DNA of 64,000 bases from Tubiluchus corallicola (taxonomy: Eukaryota; Animalia; Priapulida): assembly GCA_030141605.1 (NCBI GenBank), contig JAQGDQ010000016.1, positions 994,282 to 1,058,281 of the forward strand, given 5' to 3'. The notes below the pieces were generated by a model. That model saw only the letters and a program-made list of their open reading frames with translations. It searched no databases and was not told the DNA's origin. Shown here one piece after another: positions 58,307 to 64,000 of the stretch. The translations under genes and the position numbers were made by a program. How positions within the stretch are numbered: position 1 is the stretch's first letter; each line of letters starts with the position of its first letter.

Positions 58307-58505
58307 GTTCCTCGCAAGCAACAACAACAAGCGGGGACGCGGGGCGGCAAGCGCGCCAACGCACGCAAGAGTGCCCCCAACAAGGTCATAAAAAAATACA
58401 CCTTCGAAAAAATCAAGTCTCTGGAATTTGTGAACAATCACAAGCAAATCGTCATCGAAGGAAAACTCGTTGCCGACGGCGTAGAAGGACCCCCCATCGT
58501 CACAG

Positions 58506-59018
58506 ATGTCTGAATCGAGCATAGTTCTCACCGTAGATGCCTTCCAGTGCGGAAAAGAAGAATACCTGGTCAAAAATTTGGTAATTCGCGAAATAGAGAC
58601 CGGCATATATCACAACTACACCTTCAAACCGCCCCACCCCTGGAATCGTGTTCCCCAGCACAAGCGATCCACCTACAACTACCTAATCAGACACATACAC
58701 GGCATCTCGTGGGAGGAGGGAATGATCGAGTACGCAGAATTGGAAAACATTCTACGACAGACCACCAGAGGCAGGATCACCTACGTCAAGGGAGCAGAGA
58801 TGTACGATTTCGTCAAAAAACATCTCCCCAAAAATCGCGTGGTCATACGCGTAGAGGATCTGGAAAGCGACCACCCGCCGCCCGCCATACGTTGGCAGAG
58901 CAACGGACGAGGCAGAGCGGTTCGGGCGTCCGAAACGATTGCCAACTATGTTCTAACGTGTCAGTCCAAACGGTCAACATCGTCGCCACGGCTTCGTTCT
59001 CGCAGCGCTTCGATCTGA
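58506..59018 (+). CDS. 170-aa DnaQ/DEDD-exonuclease-like protein of a Polinton-associated family (right-arm copy)
   Basis: Mirror of 57262-57774. Of six arm-to-arm substitutions I found outside the TBP overlap, five are synonymous in this frame and one is E/D, which supports coding status. Confidence 0.7.
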   Translation: MSESSIVLTVDAFQCGKEEYLVKNLVIREIETGIYHNYTFKPPHPWNRVPQHKRSTYNYLIRHIHGISWEEGMIEYAELENILRQTTRGRITYVKGAEMYDFVKKHLPKNRVVIRVEDLESDHPPPAIRWQSNGRGRAVRASETIANYVLTCQSKRSTSSPRLRSRSASI

Positions 59019-59548
59019 ACGAACTCCGGCGGAGAACGGGCGGAAGACGCTACGAAAGAAAACCGCAAATGCTTCTGCTAAAGCGACTGGGCGGGACGCT
59101 GATGATTTTTGCCTCCGGCTCCGTGGTGGCCAACGGTTTTTCGGAGGAAAAAGTACTACGCAATGCGATCGAAGAACTCTCGAAAGGTCTCGGACTGACG
59201 CCCGCCGACGGGATCGCAATTCGCACCATCACCGCCAGAGCCAAAATTCGCTGCAGATTGAAACTGGGTGCACTGTACGAAGAACTCGTTCGTCCTTCGA
59301 CGCATTCTTTTAGAGAAGTGTTTTACGAAGTGGAACTATTTCCCAAACTAACTTGCAAATGCGAGCAAATTACTCTGAACATTTTTCACACCGGAAGCAT
59401 AATAATGATGGGCGGGACAAAGGTCGAGGATTTCTCTCACGTTTTCCGCAAATTTAACGAATTCGTTTTTAACAACAATAACGTTTGTCTGTATCACATC
59501 GACGACGACGACGACAATCCATGTACTCGCTCGTCGTCATTAGTGTAG
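58958..59548 (+). CDS. Divergent TATA-box-binding protein (TBP)-like protein, intact right-arm copy (~196 aa; initiation site uncertain, GTG at 58958)
   Basis: Two TBP repeats. Repeat 1: VNIVATASFSQRFDL..TLMIFASGSVVANG (cf. TBP QNIVSTVNLGCKLDL..TALIFSSGKMVCTG). Repeat 2: FYEVELFPKLTCK..TLNIFHTGSIIMMGG (cf. SYEPELFPGLIYR..LLIFVSGKVVLTG). Intronless, with AATAAA at 59697. Confidence 0.85.
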   Translation: MSVQTVNIVATASFSQRFDLNELRRRTGGRRYERKPQMLLLKRLGGTLMIFASGSVVANGFSEEKVLRNAIEELSKGLGLTPADGIAIRTITARAKIRCRLKLGALYEELVRPSTHSFREVFYEVELFPKLTCKCEQITLNIFHTGSIIMMGGTKVEDFSHVFRKFNEFVFNNNNVCLYHIDDDDDNPCTRSSSLV

Positions 59549-60080
59549 TTTTACTGTAATTTGCATAATTTGTGTAATTTGCGAAAAAAACGTAAAATGT
59601 AGAACTATCACGTCACCATAATAATAATAATAATCTAGTTTTAGCACGTATGTATTTTGCATAAAAAAATGTAAAAAAAATTTTTTGTAATCCATCAATA
59701 AAAAAGATTTGTGAAAATGCATTTATCGAACTTTGGCGTTTGAAATAAATCTCCACACACACACACACACACACACATCTAAACCCGCGAGAGAAGTGGT
59801 CGCGGAAAAGGGAGGGCACCCGAGAGAGAGAAGTGGTCGCGGAAAAGGGCCGGCACTGCGCGAGTGGGGGGGGGGAAGATTTCCCTCATTGCCTGCAATG
59901 GACGATTCCACGTGACGGAGGGGTGGGTTGCAGGGGGGGTGTCCCCGACCCCCGGGACGGACGTTTGCACGCGGCGGAGGGGTGGCAGGGGCTCGCCAAT
60001 TAGCGCCAATTAGCACTAATTAGTCCTCGGCGGGAACTCCACTTCTCCCTTTTTCTTCGTTTGAGGCGCTTTTTACCTCG

Positions 60081-60170
60081 TTTCACACACTTTCACACGC
60101 TTTCGCGCACTTTCACACACTTTCACGCGCTTTCACACACTTTCACATGCTTTCGCGCGGTTTTGCGCGG
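60081..60170. repeat. Array of 10-bp units (TTTCRCRCRC) in the right terminal region
   Basis: Mirror of 56021-56100 with a different unit order and number. Confidence 0.9.
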
Positions 60171-60964
60171 TTTAAAATGGGGTGTCAAAAAAAGAAGCCA
60201 TCCAGGGGTCAATGAACTTTGGTCACGTGACCTAGAGTTCAAGGTCATTCGATCCAAATGAAGCCATGCGGGAGGGAAAAACTGCAAAATTTTTACCTCG
60301 TTTCACACGCCTTTTCTTCGTTTTTCTTTGTTTTTCGCGCTTTTTCGTCGATTTCGGTCACGTGCGCACTTTCACACGGGTTTTCACACTTTTTTAGGGG
60401 TTTTCGCGGATTTTCGCACTTTTTTAGGGGTGTTTTTCCCCACCCCCCCGGGCAGCCAAAGGGGGGGTGGGGAAATCGGCCAGAGGCAAAACATCTATAC
60501 TACTGAGGCCGAAATACCTGGGAAAGTTAAAGTTGTCCAAAAGTCCTGTAAGACCTTCACGACCTGGTAGAACCAGTACTTGACAATAATTATTGAAATT
60601 ATCTCTTTTACTGCATTTGTCACAGACTGGCAATGTTTAAAGCATGTGACGCAAATTGTGGCCTTCAACTATAGGTGACAGTAGGAAATTGTAATAAAAC
60701 CCATCGACCTGTTTTTGTGACTTGATTATAGCTTTTTAATATAAGGCTTAGTTCTAAAAATCCTAACGTTGATTGGGATAATATGTACAAAACATCCAGG
60801 TTACAGAATTCTTGAGATTCGAACACCAAACTATCACTGTCCGTTTGTTTTGGATTTTTTTTTGTAAAAAATAAACCAAAACAGGTACACCAGGGGAAAG
60901 TAATTTTTGTTATTATAATGGTTATTCTCGCGGTGATTTCCAAATAGTTGTTTTCTTTTTATAG

Positions 60965-62767
60965 TTTGAGAAATCTGGTAGTCGAAAAGAAGAATTAGTA
61001 CTGGAAGATTTTCTTGCCAGTTTAAAAGAGACTGAGTTTATGGATGCACATTTTGCGAAGTACAAGGTATAGGCTGTGCTTTCTTTAAATATCAAATAAT
61101 TCATTGTTTAGTATAAGTGACCCAGTCAACATTTTCTTCTTTTTTCTCTTGCTCTTTCTCCTTATTATCACCATCACCATCGCCATCACCATCACCACCA
61201 TCACCACCACCACCACCAACATCATCACGACCATCATCACCACCACCACCACCACCACCACCACCACCATTATTGTTAACATCATGATTATCCGTTGCTG
61301 TGGTCATCACATCATCATCATCATTATCGTCGTCGTTGTCGTCGTCGTCGTCATCATCAACCATCATCATCATCATCACCACCATCACCATCATCATCGT
61401 CGTCGTCGTCGTTGTCGTCGTCGTCATCATCATCAACCATCATCGTCATCATCACCACCATCACCATCATCATCATCATTATCGTCGTCGTCGTCGTCAT
61501 CATCATCATCAACCATCATCGTCATCATCACCACCATCACCATCATCATCATCGCCATACGCTTAACCGTCATCACTGTCATTATTTTTATCATCAGTAT
61601 TTAACCAGCCTAATTTGATAATTGTGAAGGAGAAAATGTTTAATTAGTTGAATTAAAGCAGTGGTTCCCAAAGTAGGGGTAAATTACCCCCCCCCCCCGG
61701 GTAATATGGTTTTGGGGGGGGGGGTAACGGGTACCCATCTGAAAACTTCGCTCGGAATGCATTTTACGTAGTTTTCTTCTTGAAGAGACTGCCTCCGGCA
61801 GGAAACACTGTGTCATGGGGTCCATCATTCGCACGTTCTCACGATCTCTGGTGCGATCCTGGAGAGAAGTCAAAGTTCACGATTGTTTCTTTGGTTTCGA
61901 GTTGGAGAAGCAGTACTAGGTGGGGGGGTAATGGACACGACCGGGTTTCCCTATTTGGGTAACGGTCCGAGAAAAATTTGGGAACCACTGACTTAAAGTG
62001 ACTTAGTTCAGTCAGAACAAGAATAAGAATAAGAATGAGGATAGGAACAAGAAAATGCGTTATGCCAATTTTTTACATTTCAGAGCCTCCGATACACTGA
62101 CTTCTTGGCAGAATTTCCCCAAAGTGACGTCAAAAATTTGCTAAAGGGTGATCCAAAGAGGCACCAAGCCGTGTGGGATTTATTCAAGACTGAATGTGTT
62201 TTTCTTTATGATCATTTACTGGTTCTAAAACAGGTATGTAGCTAAGCAGGGTATCCAGGTTGCTTGACTTGCATTTATACAGTCAATGTATAGTATTGTT
62301 TCTAACATATTCACTTTTAAAGTAAAATAAATATCAGCTGTGACAATTGTTTTGATTGCAGAATATTTTATAGATTGCTGATTTAAAAAATATTTTTCGA
62401 GTAAGTAAGTAACAAAAAGAAAGTACTGTGACATGATAACTAGCCCATTTATTTTTCCATCACTCATTTATTGGTTTATTATTTATTTATTAATTTATTC
62501 ATTAGTGCGCTTTATTTCCATTGCGTTATTCACTCACTCACTTATTCATTACTTTTTTCACTTATCCAGAAAGAGACAGAGAGAGGAAAGAGATAGAGAG
62601 AGAAAGACAGAGTGCATGAGTGACTGAGAGAGTGGGTGTTTGAGTGAGTGAATGAATCAGCGAGTGAGCGAGTGAGTGACAGAATGAGAGAGAGAGAGAG
62701 AGTGAGTGAGTGAGTGAGTGAGTGAGTGAGTGAGTGAGTGAGTGAGTGAGTGAGAGAGAGAGTGAGT

Positions 62768-62819
<52 letters not shown>

Positions 62820-62995
62820 CTTTCTCATTCAGTGCAGACTAATGAAGAAGTTCGCTGCTGCTTCTAAAAAAGCTAAAAATGACTTTTTTATTATTTTAGG
62901 TATTTATGGAACCGTTAAAAAAATGCCAGGTGGAAGGGTTTCTTATGTTTGCTGAGCCAGAGTGTCTTTTTGGAAATTTGGATATGCTGTGTTGT
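60965..62995 (+). CDS. PLEKHG7: PLEKHG7-like RhoGEF (start of the DH domain); three internal exons, partial gene
   Basis: Phase-0 AG/GT exons 60965-61066 (FEKSGSRKEELVLEDFLASLKETEFMDAHFAKYK), 62084-62233 (..KRHQAVWDLFKTECVFLYDHLLVLKQ) and 62900-62995 (VFMEPLKKCQVEGFLMFAEPECLFGNLDMLCC). These match DH-domain helices; the DHLLVLK motif is PLEKHG7-like. Confidence 0.75.
61146..61580. repeat. Compound (CAC/CAT/CGT)n microsatellite with internal higher-order duplications
   Basis: Visible trinucleotide tract in a RhoGEF intron. Confidence 0.92.
61659..61990. mobile_element. hAT (Charlie-like) MITE
   Basis: Perfect 14-bp TIRs CAGTGGTTCCCAAA / TTTGGGAACCACTG; 8-bp TSD AATTAAAG / ACTTAAAG (7 of 8 match). 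Confidence 0.85.
62570..62815. repeat. (GAGT)n/(GA)n microsatellite
   Basis: Visible directly in the sequence. Confidence 0.92.
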
Positions 62996-63326
62996 GTAAG
63001 TTTGATATTCATACATCTAGTGCGTATAAATTCACTTAACAAGAAATCCTTATCAAAGGATACCTTACTAAAATTAGGGTCCAATTACTTTAGGGTACCA
63101 ATTTATTATAAAATTTAAGAACTGTAGTATAAATATACAAACACACGAAATGTTAGAAAGAATGGTGACCTGTTGGAATTCTGAATCATAATAACTCGAA
63201 TGCCCCGAGTTTAGAGGCAAGGTTAATAAAGACTCTGTAGATGTTCGGCGATATTTAGTTTCCAAAAAACTTTCTGAATTTTGTTCCTTCCGTCATGCTA
63301 ATTAATTATAATTATATCTAACAATA

Positions 63327-63480
<154 letters not shown>

Positions 63481-64000
63481 TGATAACTACATTAAAAATG
63501 ATAAAGTGAGATACATTATTCAGATAGAATACGTTGTTTAAGGATCAATAATTTCTTGACCATGGCACAACAAAACCGAGGCAAGGTTAGTTCAACAGAG
63601 ATGAGTTTTTTAGGGTGTCTTTTGTAGCTTCGAAAAGTTCTACCCTTTTAGAAAACGTGATTTATCCCATGCTTTTTTGGTCAAGCGCAGCTGTAAATCC
63701 TCATTGCGTGTGTAACTCATAAGGAATGTCAGAATCGCACTGGATGTAATAGACGTGCTAGACCACTGTGCCAGGCTTTTAAGCCCATGACCACCATGCG
63801 CCTATAACTGGTTTAGAAGTGAAGCAAAGGGATTTCGTGTAATAAGGTTCCGATGAAGTTATTAGGTTACTATATGACGCCATATATATAGAACTTTGCG
63901 AAGGAAAGATAATGTTGATAAATTATTAAACAGCAATCCCTTTTACATGGTTTGCTATAGATTTGCTGAATTGAAAACATCTGAAAATATCCGAAGGGAT

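Larger units (their letters stand above)
55682..60504. mobile_element. 4.8-kb palindromic Polinton/Maverick-like (endogenous virus-like) remnant: left arm 55682-57973, spacer 57974-58306, right arm 58307-60504
   Basis: The arms are near-identical reverse complements. Termini read AGTAGGATAGATGTT..CCTCTGGCCGATTT and AGTAGTATAGATGTT..CCTCTGGCCGATTT; AGTAGT-type ends are typical of Polintons. The sequence is CpG-rich with compact overlapping ORFs and ~1 kb of repeat-rich non-coding DNA at each end. No pPolB, integrase, ATPase or capsid ORF, and no TSD. Confidence 0.8.

Noticed and set aside
58547-58957. N-terminal 137 aa of the 333-aa ORF (and its mirror 57323-57733)
   Set aside because: GTG start, low-complexity Arg/Gln content, and arm-to-arm changes are non-synonymous in this frame but synonymous in the overlapping 170-aa frame; it is a shadow frame
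61085-61618. Poly-His/Ser/Thr/Asp ORFs on both strands
   Set aside because: Microsatellite artefacts

Overview
AT-rich, intron-containing animal (invertebrate) genomic DNA. Host genes from left to right: a dual oxidase (DUOX, minus strand, runs off the left edge) head-to-head with its maturation factor DUOXA (plus); ZFR (minus, complete); AURKAIP1/mS38 (plus); the last two exons of an alkaline phosphatase (minus); and three internal exons of a PLEKHG7-like RhoGEF (plus). Introns carry several MITEs, a probable SINE and microsatellites. The outstanding feature is a GC-richer, near-perfect 4.8-kb palindrome at 55682-60504, with arms of about 2.2-2.3 kb around a 333-bp spacer. It has Polinton/Maverick-type AGTAG termini. 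Each arm carries a compact, virus-like gene array: a small basic ORF, a 170-aa DnaQ-like protein and a divergent TATA-binding-protein (TBP) homolog. It lacks polymerase, integrase and capsid genes and has no target-site duplication. It sits between two host genes whose 5' exons are not visible, suggesting a fold-back or a fusion of two element ends at a rearrangement or assembly breakpoint. Exon coordinates were read by eye; no database searches were run.
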